Shown piece by piece: positions 19,918 through 28,372 of a DNA stretch of 64,000 nucleotides. A model generated the notes under the pieces. That model ran no database searches, had not been told where the DNA came from, and saw only the letters and a program-made list of their open reading frames with translations. Origin of the DNA: a phage; the NCBI GenBank assembly GCA_024683775.1, contig GCA_024683775.1_4106.1; one strand, given 5' to 3'. Position numbers and translations under genes: made by a program. Each line of letters starts with the position of its first letter. The first letter of the stretch is position 1.

Positions 19918-21045
19918 TCAAAAAGGTAAATCAATTTGCTTAGTAATAATAGTATCTAACGGTATTGAACACAATGAGAAATTCTTTCCACCCGTATTTT
20001 CAGGATTATATCCATTCATCCATACATTATTACCTTCGTAAAATGTATTCCAGTATAAAGACCCACTATATCGTGTATTCGAATTGAACGATGTAAAATT
20101 GAATTCTTGAAATGCTGTAAAATATGGAAGGGAACTTGAACTACTTCCCGTAAATGGGGTATGCCCAGTTGCTATTAGTTTGTTTGTATCTGCATTAATT
20201 AAAAATACAACACTAGTCGAATAGTCCAACGAATCAGGATGATATATATTACTCATATCACCTATAGTAAAACCAACATCAAAAACTTTACTATGTGCAC
20301 CACTACCAGCAAAAGTAGTTCCAGTTGCATATATTTTATTATCAGATGTTATCATTACAAAACCAACACCAGAAACAAAACTGCATTTTATATCATAAGA
20401 TATATCATCAAACAACGGAACAAATGTGGTTGCATCACCCGATGTTGCTTTAACTTGAAAGCTGTTATTTGAACCTGAACCATATACAGTTCCATCGTTT
20501 TTAATCTTAAACAATGTATCGCCAAGGTAACCGCCAAATATATTATCCACATTAGTGTCAAGTACAGTCCACGCTGAAACATAATTTTTATGTCCTAAAC
20601 CTAATGTACCACTTCGATTCCATCCTCTTCCATAAAGTGTTCCGTCTTTCATTAATATAAATGCTGTATAACCACATAACATTTTTTTAATTTGGGTAAC
20701 ATCTATACCAGTGAAATACACAGCCCAGTCAGTATATCCTTGTTGGAAAGTATTAGAATTCGTGAATGCATATGTTGAACCTGAACCATATATTTTATCA
20801 CCTTTAATAACAACGGAAAACGATCCTAACCATAAGTCATCAACTTCAGTTGTGATTTGTTGAACTGCTCCTAACGATACAAACTGTGTACTTAAACCCG
20901 CATTATAGTTTGAATCTTCACCGTGTGCATATACAGTGCCATCTTGCATTAGAAACATTTCAAGAGTGTAACTAACAACACTTTTCTTTATATTATTAAC
21001 TTCGATTATATTCCCATAATCAAACATTCTAACAAAAGGTAACAT
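19918..21045 (-). CDS. RCC1-like beta-propeller repeat protein, array member 16
   Basis: 375-aa ORF; N-term MLPFVRMFDYGN. Confidence 0.85.
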   Translation of the reverse strand: MLPFVRMFDYGNIIEVNNIKKSVVSYTLEMFLMQDGTVYAHGEDSNYNAGLSTQFVSLGAVQQITTEVDDLWLGSFSVVIKGDKIYGSGSTYAFTNSNTFQQGYTDWAVYFTGIDVTQIKKMLCGYTAFILMKDGTLYGRGWNRSGTLGLGHKNYVSAWTVLDTNVDNIFGGYLGDTLFKIKNDGTVYGSGSNNSFQVKATSGDATTFVPLFDDISYDIKCSFVSGVGFVMITSDNKIYATGTTFAGSGAHSKVFDVGFTIGDMSNIYHPDSLDYSTSVVFLINADTNKLIATGHTPFTGSSSSSLPYFTAFQEFNFTSFNSNTRYSGSLYWNTFYEGNNVWMNGYNPENTGGKNFSLCSIPLDTIITKQIDLPF

Positions 21046-21087
21046 AATTCCCTCCTTTATTCATTATACTATATTTAATCAAAAAAA

Positions 21088-21106
21088 GCCAGTATCAAGT
21101 ACTGGC
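21088..21106. terminator. hairpin terminator (array cassette)
   Basis: GCCAGTATCAAGTACTGGC. Confidence 0.55.
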
Positions 21107-21114
21107 ATATTAAT

Positions 21115-22263
21115 TTACTGCACAAATGACATATCGACTTCGGTATAATTAAGAACGTTCTGTCCAGCACTACCACCCATTACTACAAATGAAGCACCCG
21201 AATAATATAACTTCGAAGTGTCAGTAAGTATAAGTGAACCAGATGGAGTGCGTACCAAATTACACGAAGTATTAAACGAAGTATATGAAGGAGTATAGGA
21301 GTACTGATTATTATTATTACCAACACCTAATTGCCCAAACCTATTCGATCCAGAAGCATATAGAACTTCATCTGCTTTGACAATATGTGATGCCATGTTA
21401 CCAACACAAGTATATAGAGTATAAACTCCTGAACTCAATAATGTCGGAGTTTTATATTGTATATCAGTAGAAGAGGAAGTACCACCTGTACCAAATTCGT
21501 TCCCATATTGTGCACCGAACTGTTTACCACAAGCGTACAAATTATTATCCGATTTGATAAAAAATGTACTCTGATAACTTACATTAAAATCTATAACATC
21601 CGAAGAAATCATCGTCACCCCAGTAATAGAAGTTTGATTGCCCGTGCCCAACTGGTAGTAATAGTTAAAACCACAACCCCATAAAGTATTATCTTCTCGC
21701 AAATAAATGTTACCAACAGCCTTTTTAACCGAAGTTATAGTATCTACTCTTTTGAATGTGTTAAAAGAATTAATGTTTGTGCCATCACCAAATGATGATA
21801 TGTTCGATATATTGTTAGCTCCACAACAATACAATGTACCATCGTTTGTTATCAAATTCACCTTCATATCATAAAAACTACTCATGTATTTTATATCAGA
21901 AACATTAATACCACTTGATGTTATCCACGTAGTACAGTCCGTCCACAAAGTTTTTCTATCAGTTACACCAGTGAATGCCTTCGTGTTACCAGTGATAAAA
22001 ACTTTTCCAGTACCTTTCTCTTCATACAATTGACAATCACTACTGTTATCTTCCAATAGAACTCGTTTAACATTCTCCGCACAAAGAATAAATTTACTCG
22101 ATGCTACACCTGTACCAGTACCCCAATTCGTCGCAGAAGATGCATACAACTTGTCAGTATAAGTATCATGAAGATACATAGAATCACTGGAATATATTTT
22201 ATAACGACCAGAGTTGGTAGGAGCTTCATTTCCATAATCAAACATTCTTACAAAAGGTAACAT
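21115..22263 (-). CDS. RCC1-like beta-propeller repeat protein, array member 17
   Basis: Start at conserved MLPFVRMFDYGN (22263), SD GGGAGGGAAT; repeats YYQLGTGNQ. Confidence 0.85.
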   Translation of the reverse strand: MLPFVRMFDYGNEAPTNSGRYKIYSSDSMYLHDTYTDKLYASSATNWGTGTGVASSKFILCAENVKRVLLEDNSSDCQLYEEKGTGKVFITGNTKAFTGVTDRKTLWTDCTTWITSSGINVSDIKYMSSFYDMKVNLITNDGTLYCCGANNISNISSFGDGTNINSFNTFKRVDTITSVKKAVGNIYLREDNTLWGCGFNYYYQLGTGNQTSITGVTMISSDVIDFNVSYQSTFFIKSDNNLYACGKQFGAQYGNEFGTGGTSSSTDIQYKTPTLLSSGVYTLYTCVGNMASHIVKADEVLYASGSNRFGQLGVGNNNNQYSYTPSYTSFNTSCNLVRTPSGSLILTDTSKLYYSGASFVVMGGSAGQNVLNYTEVDMSFVQ

Positions 22264-22307
22264 ATTCCCTCCCTTATTCATTATACTATATTTAATCAAA
22301 AAGAAAA

Positions 22308-22326
22308 GCCAGTACTCAAGTACTGG
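22308..22326. terminator. hairpin terminator (array cassette)
   Basis: GCCAGTACTCAAGTACTGGC. Confidence 0.55.
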
Positions 22327-22333
22327 CCTGTAT

Positions 22334-23470
22334 TTAAATTATTGTTGGTAATGGTAATGGTATAAATTCATCACTCGATGGCAAACCATATAACGTAGTT
22401 GCATTTCCAGAATAATACCATCCAGTTGAATCTTGCACTATAGATAGATAGGCTAACGATACCACCTTTGTTATATCATTAAACCCGTGTGGTACTTCTT
22501 TGAATGCAGATGAATATTCAACACCAGGATCACCAGAAGATAGTGTATTGTTAGTACCAGCATAATATAAAGTATTGCCATCTGTGCTTATAGCAAAAGA
22601 AAGAACAGAGTTATTCATATCACTCCACAAATCCCTAAACCTGCCTCTATATCCGGTTAATTCTGTATACGAATATACGTTTGTGGTATTTGAAGAAGAA
22701 TTACCTAGTTGATAATTTCTATTTTGACCTGCTATAACATATCTAGTGATACCATTAGTATCATAATATAATATACCAGAGTTTAATGTTGACATACCAA
22801 CTGCACATTCGGATGCAAATTCGGGAGCAGAGTACAAATTATAAGAAGTTAAATTTGTGCTAGTACCCAATGCTCCAGTATTGCTTATACCACAGCGGTA
22901 GTAACCACCAGTAGTACTAGAATATATAGTACCAGATAGAGAAGTGTAGAATTTTGAAACATTTGACGCAACTAATACAGCATTAACTTTGCTTGTTGAA
23001 CCACCAAATGATTGGTTATTATCATATCCTTTAGCATATAATCTATTATCATTTGTAAGTAATCCTACACAATAATAAGTTATTTTCATTTCACGAACTG
23101 TGCTTAGATTCACTGCACTAAATTGTGTCGTAACATCTTTCCATGTAACAACTTTAGAACTTGTCGAACCACCAGATTCAAACCATTGATCACCACAGTA
23201 GAAAATTTTATTATCTACAGTTAATACAACGCATACTAAATTACTAGCACAAGCAAACTTAACATCATCTCTAACTTTAGTCCACTCGGTTACATTCACT
23301 ATAGTATCAGTTCCTATACCTAATTTGCCATACGCATTATTACCACGCACCCATAATTCATTATCCTCGGTTATTAGTAATAATGAATTAGCACCTGCAA
23401 CAATATCACGTATTTTTAGTTTATCTGGTGCTACGTTCCCGTACTTAACCATTCTTGCAAAAGGTAACAT
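22334..23470 (-). CDS. RCC1-like beta-propeller repeat protein, array member 18 (first transcribed)
   Basis: 378-aa ORF; N-term MLPFARMVKYGN; YGKLGIGTDT repeat. Confidence 0.85.
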   Translation of the reverse strand: MLPFARMVKYGNVAPDKLKIRDIVAGANSLLLITEDNELWVRGNNAYGKLGIGTDTIVNVTEWTKVRDDVKFACASNLVCVVLTVDNKIFYCGDQWFESGGSTSSKVVTWKDVTTQFSAVNLSTVREMKITYYCVGLLTNDNRLYAKGYDNNQSFGGSTSKVNAVLVASNVSKFYTSLSGTIYSSTTGGYYRCGISNTGALGTSTNLTSYNLYSAPEFASECAVGMSTLNSGILYYDTNGITRYVIAGQNRNYQLGNSSSNTTNVYSYTELTGYRGRFRDLWSDMNNSVLSFAISTDGNTLYYAGTNNTLSSGDPGVEYSSAFKEVPHGFNDITKVVSLAYLSIVQDSTGWYYSGNATTLYGLPSSDEFIPLPLPTII

Positions 23471-23520
23471 ATTTCTTCTCCTTTATTCATTATATCATAT
23501 TTACCTCAAAAAGAAAACCC

Positions 23521-23549
23521 TTGACACCCTTTCAGTACTGATGTACTAT
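23521..23549 (+). promoter_or_regulatory. sigma70-like promoter driving the small-gene array (divergent from RCC1 array)
   Basis: TTGACA (23521-26), 17-bp spacer, TACTAT (23544-49); AAGGAG SD at 23561; ATG 23575. Confidence 0.5.
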
Positions 23550-23574
23550 AGAAGGAATATAAGGAGAACTGCAC

Positions 23575-23802
23575 ATGACAAATACTTTTAAGTACTACCT
23601 CAATACTCTAAATGAACTAGAGTACGCGAAGTTTCTCGCGGATAGTTCGTGGCTAATTGAGCTAAAAACACATAACAGTACTGGATGTAACCTTATGCTG
23701 AACAATGCACTTGATACCCTTGTAGTGAGTATTTTACACAGCACCATCTGCGGGGATAGCAATAAACAATTATCAAAAATCTTAGTACTGGTAGCTCTAT
23801 GA
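23575..23802 (+). CDS. small hypothetical protein (75 aa), first gene of small-gene array
   Basis: ORF with AAGGAG SD; downstream genes overlap or abut. Confidence 0.6.
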   Translation: MTNTFKYYLNTLNELEYAKFLADSSWLIELKTHNSTGCNLMLNNALDTLVVSILHSTICGDSNKQLSKILVLVAL

Positions 23803-24011
23803 ACACTATGAACATTGAACAGTACTACATTGATGCACTACCAACAAAAGGTCTACGAGAAAGCCTACTGTATACACAAAATAATTATATAAACTTCAAA
23901 CATTGTCCTAAACTCTTGAACTCGTACAGGAATAATAAAATAAGAAATGCTGTACAAGGGGTAGAAAGTATGCAATACTATTACATCCTAACCCTTTTAA
24001 TCGAGCACTAA
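23799..24011 (+). CDS. small hypothetical protein (70 aa); paralog of 24210
   Basis: ATGA start/stop overlap; N-term MNTMNIEQYYIDALP similar to 24210 MKTMNIHQYYLDILP. Confidence 0.6.
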   Translation: MNTMNIEQYYIDALPTKGLRESLLYTQNNYINFKHCPKLLNSYRNNKIRNAVQGVESMQYYYILTLLIEH

Positions 24012-24012
24012 T

Positions 24013-24198
24013 ATGTATAAAGAATTCTACTGTAGTAAGCTGCACAAACAATACAGAGATTCATTTCCCAATGAACCTATGGATATGAATAGTCCCTTTT
24101 ATAAATTTGACTTCAGACTGGAGACACGTTATGCAATAGAACATCAATTTCCTGAAACTAAGTACTTATCTATCATGAACCTCATCTTTAAGTTCTAA
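24013..24198 (+). CDS. small hypothetical protein (61 aa)
   Basis: ORF 1 nt after previous stop; N-term MYKEFY. Confidence 0.55.
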   Translation: MYKEFYCSKLHKQYRDSFPNEPMDMNSPFYKFDFRLETRYAIEHQFPETKYLSIMNLIFKF

Positions 24199-24209
24199 AA
24201 GAGTACTAT

Positions 24210-24422
24210 ATGAAAACTATGAACATACACCAGTACTACTTAGATATTCTCCCTAAAGATGTACAGTTCATCCTTAAACAAGAATACAGTACTTTAAAAA
24301 ACCTTAAAAGAACCGCACCGAATGTATTAATCCTGCACCAAGAAAATGTAGTTGATAATATTCTACAAGGTGTACCAGGGACCGAGTACTTTAACATAAT
24401 AAGGCTAATTACATTACCATGA
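24210..24422 (+). CDS. small hypothetical protein (70 aa); paralog of 23799
   Basis: Sequence similarity to 23799 ORF. Confidence 0.6.
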   Translation: MKTMNIHQYYLDILPKDVQFILKQEYSTLKNLKRTAPNVLILHQENVVDNILQGVPGTEYFNIIRLITLP

Positions 24423-24604
24423 ATCATATATTATACTATTACCAAAATCTATCCGACAGGGACAAGTACACCCACAACTCCAATGTATGGTACTACAAAC
24501 GCGGTAGTATAAGAGACAAACAACATTACTTCTGTATTGCTATAAAAGAAGCACTAACAACTAAGTACACGTACAGAGCAGTACTGAAACTTATTGATAT
24601 GTAA
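24419..24604 (+). CDS. small hypothetical protein, C-terminus YRAVLKLIDM (subfamily A)
   Basis: ATGA overlap with previous gene; conserved C-terminal motif. Confidence 0.6.
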   Translation: MNHILYYYQNLSDRDKYTHNSNVWYYKRGSIRDKQHYFCIAIKEALTTKYTYRAVLKLIDM

Positions 24605-24614
24605 AGAGAATACT

Positions 24615-24797
24615 ATGAGCATTGAATTGTACTTAAGTAAATTACAGCCTGGCGATAGATTCATCTACAATAAGTTCGAATTCAACTACAAGAACGGGAG
24701 CAACAAATATCGTCGAGGATACCTATATACAAGCACAAGAGATGCACAAAACGAAAAGTACACATACAGAGAAGTACTTAAACTAATCTCTATTTGA
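24615..24797 (+). CDS. small hypothetical protein, C-terminus YTYREVLKLISI (subfamily A)
   Basis: Start moved to ATG 24615 (tracked ORF begins at TTG); conserved C-terminus. Confidence 0.6.
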   Translation: MSIELYLSKLQPGDRFIYNKFEFNYKNGSNKYRRGYLYTSTRDAQNEKYTYREVLKLISI

Positions 24798-24805
24798 GGT
24801 AATAT

Positions 24806-24991
24806 ATGAATACATTTGAGTACTATACAAATAAACTATCTATGCCTGAAAGATCTCATCTCTATGTGTGGAGAAATGCGTATAAAAGCGGCAATAAACT
24901 TATACAAAGAAATTCCCTTACAGTGTGTACAAATTTAATTAAAGCAGAGTACCGCACATATATTGAAGTACTCAAACTGATAGCAATATAA
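24806..24991 (+). CDS. small hypothetical protein, C-terminus YIEVLKLIAI (subfamily A)
   Basis: 61-aa ORF; conserved C-terminus. Confidence 0.6.
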   Translation: MNTFEYYTNKLSMPERSHLYVWRNAYKSGNKLIQRNSLTVCTNLIKAEYRTYIEVLKLIAI

Positions 24992-24999
24992 GGTACTCT

Positions 25000-25179
25000 A
25001 TGCAAGAATTCTATATCTATAACCTCCAGCACAAAGATAGATACAACTATAATAAATTCCAAAGGTACTACACAGTCGGGAACAAAAGAGATAAAAAACG
25101 TTATCTACTCTCGTGTACAGTAGAAGCACAAAACGAAAAGTACACGTACAGAGAAGTACTTAAACTAATCTTAATCTAA
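25000..25179 (+). CDS. small hypothetical protein (59 aa), C-terminus YTYREVLKLILI (subfamily A)
   Basis: ORF below the 60-aa track cutoff, found by reading the sequence (ATG 25000, TAA 25177-79). Confidence 0.55.
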   Translation: MQEFYIYNLQHKDRYNYNKFQRYYTVGNKRDKKRYLLSCTVEAQNEKYTYREVLKLILI

Positions 25180-25186
25180 GGTAGAC

Positions 25187-25375
25187 ATGAACACTTTTGA
25201 GTACTACTTCAATAAACTAAACCACATAGAACAAAGTATGCACAACTCATTTATTCAGCACCATCAATCATCTGCACATGGAATTAAAAATATATCGATT
25301 GAGATTATCACTACCCGTGTACTGTCATCTGAACGTTATATGTATATTGATGTACTGAAACTCATCTCTATGTAA
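25187..25375 (+). CDS. small hypothetical protein, C-terminus YIDVLKLISM (subfamily A)
   Basis: 62-aa ORF; conserved C-terminus. Confidence 0.6.
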   Translation: MNTFEYYFNKLNHIEQSMHNSFIQHHQSSAHGIKNISIEIITTRVLSSERYMYIDVLKLISM

Positions 25376-25383
25376 GGAATAAT

Positions 25384-25563
25384 ATGCAAGAATACTATAT
25401 AGAACACATAAGCATTAAAGACCGTTTCATGTACGACACCTTCGTGAAGTACTACAACCTGGCAACTAATAGTACTAAAAATATTAATCTCAATAGCTGC
25501 ATTCATCACGCACTAACAAAAGATAATCCCTTCAGGGAAATCCTCGCTCTCGCATCTGTATAA
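25384..25563 (+). CDS. small hypothetical protein (59 aa), MQEYYIEH..
   Basis: ORF below track cutoff found by reading (ATG 25384, TAA 25561-63); N-terminus resembles 25000 ORF. Confidence 0.5.
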   Translation: MQEYYIEHISIKDRFMYDTFVKYYNLATNSTKNINLNSCIHHALTKDNPFREILALASV

Positions 25564-25574
25564 AGGAAAACCAA

Positions 25575-26234
25575 ATGAAACTTAATGCACACAGCAAACA
25601 ATACCTTAAGCACTTTAAATACCTCAACAGTATTCAAGCAGAATCTTTTACACCAGCATATACGTATCACCCAAATGTACTAAAGAAACGAAATAAAAAG
25701 AAAAAATCCAGAAATGTTCTCGTATCTAAGAACCTCAAATCGTACTTGAAGAAAAATAGTATAGCTCTTGCTTTTATTAATATCTATAATACTGATTTAA
25801 AAGTATTGAGTACTAATACCAGCACAAAAGCACTAAAGAATGCATCTATCTATATACACATTGATAATATCCCGTGCACTATAATTCTATCTTTCGGGAA
25901 TGTATACTTCTTCGGGAATTGTAATAGCACCCATGATATCAGTACTGCACAATTCCAAATCGGCGATATGTACTGCATGGGTTCAGAAAAAATACACGAT
26001 AACATGCACTTCTTCCAAAAGCAACGTACTAACGAAACTGATACAGTACTGCAATTCCTCAAAGAACTAGAACACAAAGAATTATCCGAGGAAGAAGAAT
26101 TCATGTACAGTACTGTAATCGATAATCCAGGACTCTATAAAAACGCGTACAAACTAACAAAACATGTACAGGAACTTATCAGTACTGATAAGAAATTTCA
26201 TCACCTCATTACGTATATTTCAAACTATGTATAA
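25575..26234 (+). CDS. hypothetical protein (219 aa), lysine-rich N-terminal region, C-terminal EEEEFMYSTVIDNP motif (EE-FQ family outlier)
   Basis: ORF with SD AAAGGAAAA; motif shared with 2164 and the 55.6-64 kb family. Confidence 0.65.
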   Translation: MKLNAHSKQYLKHFKYLNSIQAESFTPAYTYHPNVLKKRNKKKKSRNVLVSKNLKSYLKKNSIALAFINIYNTDLKVLSTNTSTKALKNASIYIHIDNIPCTIILSFGNVYFFGNCNSTHDISTAQFQIGDMYCMGSEKIHDNMHFFQKQRTNETDTVLQFLKELEHKELSEEEEFMYSTVIDNPGLYKNAYKLTKHVQELISTDKKFHHLITYISNYV

Positions 26235-26409
26235 AGAATACTACAAAGATAAAATCCCAATGCATCTACAACACCATATACCAAACGTTGCATTGGGTAT
26301 CAAAGATCACGCAAAGATAATGTTCCAACAATGTACTAAGTACACGCTCATATACGATGATAATCCATATATGCTGTACTACGTAGTAATGCTAACATTC
26401 AGGTACTAA
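26227..26409 (+). CDS. small hypothetical protein, MYKEYY... C-term LTFRY (subfamily B)
   Basis: Start at ATG 26227 overlapping previous stop; family N- and C-terminal motifs. Confidence 0.55.
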   Translation: MYKEYYKDKIPMHLQHHIPNVALGIKDHAKIMFQQCTKYTLIYDDNPYMLYYVVMLTFRY

Positions 26410-26410
26410 T

Positions 26411-26590
26411 ATGAATACTTATAAAGAATTCTACCTCTCGTACCTTAATTCCGATATAGTAACATCCAATACATTCAGTACTAAAATTATCTATAATGAA
26501 GTAATGAAAGAATGTATTAAAGGTGCTATTAACCCTAAAGATACGTATGACTTGTACTATGCAGTACTAACCCTTGTTTTCACGAAATAA
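26411..26590 (+). CDS. small hypothetical protein (59 aa), MNTYKEFY.. (subfamily B)
   Basis: ORF below track cutoff found by reading (ATG 26411, TAA 26588-90). Confidence 0.5.
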   Translation: MNTYKEFYLSYLNSDIVTSNTFSTKIIYNEVMKECIKGAINPKDTYDLYYAVLTLVFTK

Positions 26591-26598
26591 CACATAAT

Positions 26599-26790
26599 AT
26601 GAATAACCACAAAGAATACTACATAGAGAAACTCCCAATGTATCTCCAACACCTTGTACCAACAAAACAATTGAGTATAGAAAAAGACTACGAAAAAGAC
26701 TATTTCATTAAGTGCACTAAATCCTCGATAGATATTGAGGACTATAATAGAGTACTGTATCACATCCTTTTACTAATATATAAGTACTAA
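26599..26790 (+). CDS. small hypothetical protein, MNNHKEYY... LLIYKY (subfamily B)
   Basis: 63-aa ORF with family motifs. Confidence 0.6.
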   Translation: MNNHKEYYIEKLPMYLQHLVPTKQLSIEKDYEKDYFIKCTKSSIDIEDYNRVLYHILLLIYKY

Positions 26791-26791
26791 T

Positions 26792-26980
26792 ATGAATAAC
26801 CACAAAGAATACTACACACAATTTCTCCCCAGTATATTTGAACACTACGCCAGATATAAAGTCCCCCTGGATAACGATTTGGCAGTACTGGGATTCAATA
26901 ACTGCATAGAACGAAGTATAGAAAATAGTAGTAGCTATGACCAGCTATATAACACTATCCTACTTATATTCAGGTACTAA
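26792..26980 (+). CDS. small hypothetical protein, MNNHKEYY... LLIFRY (subfamily B)
   Basis: 62-aa ORF with family motifs. Confidence 0.6.
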   Translation: MNNHKEYYTQFLPSIFEHYARYKVPLDNDLAVLGFNNCIERSIENSSSYDQLYNTILLIFRY

Positions 26981-26981
26981 T

Positions 26982-27170
26982 ATGCATAAAGAATACTACA
27001 CAAAATATTTCCCAATGTACCTCAGTACTAATCTATTAGATAAACCTCGCGGTATCAATGCTCAAAACGATAAAGTGTACTTTACTATGTGCACTAAAGC
27101 ATGTATACTAGATTTTGATAGCTATCATCGAGTACTGTATCATACACTGTACCTAGCTTTCGTGTACTAA
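26982..27170 (+). CDS. small hypothetical protein, MHKEYY... LAFVY (subfamily B)
   Basis: Start at ATG 26982 right after previous stop (tracked ORF extends upstream into previous gene). Confidence 0.6.
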   Translation: MHKEYYTKYFPMYLSTNLLDKPRGINAQNDKVYFTMCTKACILDFDSYHRVLYHTLYLAFVY

Positions 27171-27180
27171 AGAGGCCAAT

Positions 27181-27387
27181 ATGAACGAACAGAAAGAATT
27201 TTACACCAAACACCTCAGTGCATCAGAACAAATGTTTCTAAGGAGTGTATCACCTTTAAGTTTAGATACACCACACGCCAGAGATTGCTTTAATAATTGT
27301 ATACGTATTACTCTAGAAGCTTTAGAAAACAATAACAAAAATATTCAATACTCAGGCGTAATGGGACTAATATTCTTCTATGAATAA
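27181..27387 (+). CDS. small hypothetical protein, MNEQKEFY.. (subfamily B); paralog of 27761
   Basis: 68-aa ORF; HLSASEQMFLRS vs HLSPTEQMFLRT in 27761. Confidence 0.6.
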   Translation: MNEQKEFYTKHLSASEQMFLRSVSPLSLDTPHARDCFNNCIRITLEALENNNKNIQYSGVMGLIFFYE

Positions 27388-27568
27388 CAAAGAATTCTAC
27401 TTAAACCATCTGGAACTAAACTCCCAAATGCTTATACCACTAAACCCAATAGATATCAAGGATAAGAAAAATACCAAACAATTCCACTACCACACACTAT
27501 GTGCTATCAACCCAGATTATAATACATATAAACTGTACTACATTCTCGCCCTAATATATAGGTACTGA
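27380..27568 (+). CDS. small hypothetical protein, MNNKEFY... LIYRY (subfamily B)
   Basis: 62-aa ORF overlapping previous by 8 nt. Confidence 0.6.
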   Translation: MNNKEFYLNHLELNSQMLIPLNPIDIKDKKNTKQFHYHTLCAINPDYNTYKLYYILALIYRY

Positions 27569-27569
27569 T

Positions 27570-27755
27570 ATGCATAGAGAATACTATATACAATTTGTTA
27601 AAGGGAACTACAAACACGCCGTCCCCGTAAACCCCTTAAATTCTAATGACCCAAGTACTATATTCTTGTTCCATGACGCAATACGTACAGTACTCAATAC
27701 TAAAGATGAACAGGTGCAGTACGTATTCTTACTATTACTTATATACAGACACTAA
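27570..27755 (+). CDS. small hypothetical protein, MHREYY... LIYRH (subfamily B)
   Basis: 61-aa ORF. Confidence 0.6.
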   Translation: MHREYYIQFVKGNYKHAVPVNPLNSNDPSTIFLFHDAIRTVLNTKDEQVQYVFLLLLIYRH

Positions 27756-27760
27756 CTAAT

Positions 27761-27970
27761 ATGAATAAAGAACATAAAGAATTCTATTCCAAACACCTCA
27801 GCCCCACAGAACAAATGTTTCTAAGGACTACTGCACCTTTAAGTACTGATACTTATTTCGGCAGAGTATGCTACAATAATTGTATTCAAATGACTTTAAA
27901 CGCAAACGACAATAATAACAGTACTAATATGTACTCCGGCATCATAGGTATACTATTCCTATATGAATAA
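27761..27970 (+). CDS. small hypothetical protein, MNKEHKEFY.. (subfamily B)
   Basis: 69-aa ORF; paralog of 27181. Confidence 0.6.
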   Translation: MNKEHKEFYSKHLSPTEQMFLRTTAPLSTDTYFGRVCYNNCIQMTLNANDNNNSTNMYSGIIGILFLYE

Positions 27971-28154
27971 AGAACATAAAGATTTCTATATAAGTAAACT
28001 AAAAGAAAACGAACAAGCATGGGTTAACAATTTAATCCCCCTGGCAATGACTCAATACGAATTTAATATGTGTACAAAGATTGTTTTAACTACTAATGAT
28101 ATCTCTAATACGTACTACTTCCTATTAAGAGTACTATATGGTACTTTGAAATAA
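27963..28154 (+). CDS. small hypothetical protein, MNKEHKDFY.. (subfamily B)
   Basis: 63-aa ORF. Confidence 0.6.
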   Translation: MNKEHKDFYISKLKENEQAWVNNLIPLAMTQYEFNMCTKIVLTTNDISNTYYFLLRVLYGTLK

Positions 28155-28165
28155 TAAGGTATACT

Positions 28166-28372
28166 ATGCAGAACATAAAAAACTATAAAGAGTACTATAT
28201 AAGTAAACTACCACCGACTGACCAAGCATGGATTAGATCTATAATAGTACTGGCATTTAATAGATATGCATTTAACAGATGTACCGAGATTGCTATAGAC
28301 CCTTATAATATTAAAGAGAATGTACAGCATAATCAGTACTACTATATGTTAATGCTTATATATAGGAAGTAA
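28166..28372 (+). CDS. small hypothetical protein, ...KEYY... LIYRK (subfamily B), last of array
   Basis: 68-aa ORF. Confidence 0.6.
   Translation: MQNIKNYKEYYISKLPPTDQAWIRSIIVLAFNRYAFNRCTEIAIDPYNIKENVQHNQYYYMLMLIYRK

Noticed and set aside
24236-26763. Minus-strand ORFs inside the small-gene array (24236..24427, 24862..25062, 25850..26104, 26557..26763)
   Set aside because: Antisense to a dense run of + genes with conserved family motifs; no start signals.
23799-28372. Small-gene array as toxin-antitoxin pairs
   Set aside because: Genes do not alternate between two protein types in pairs. They form long runs of the same subfamily, unlike type II TA operons.
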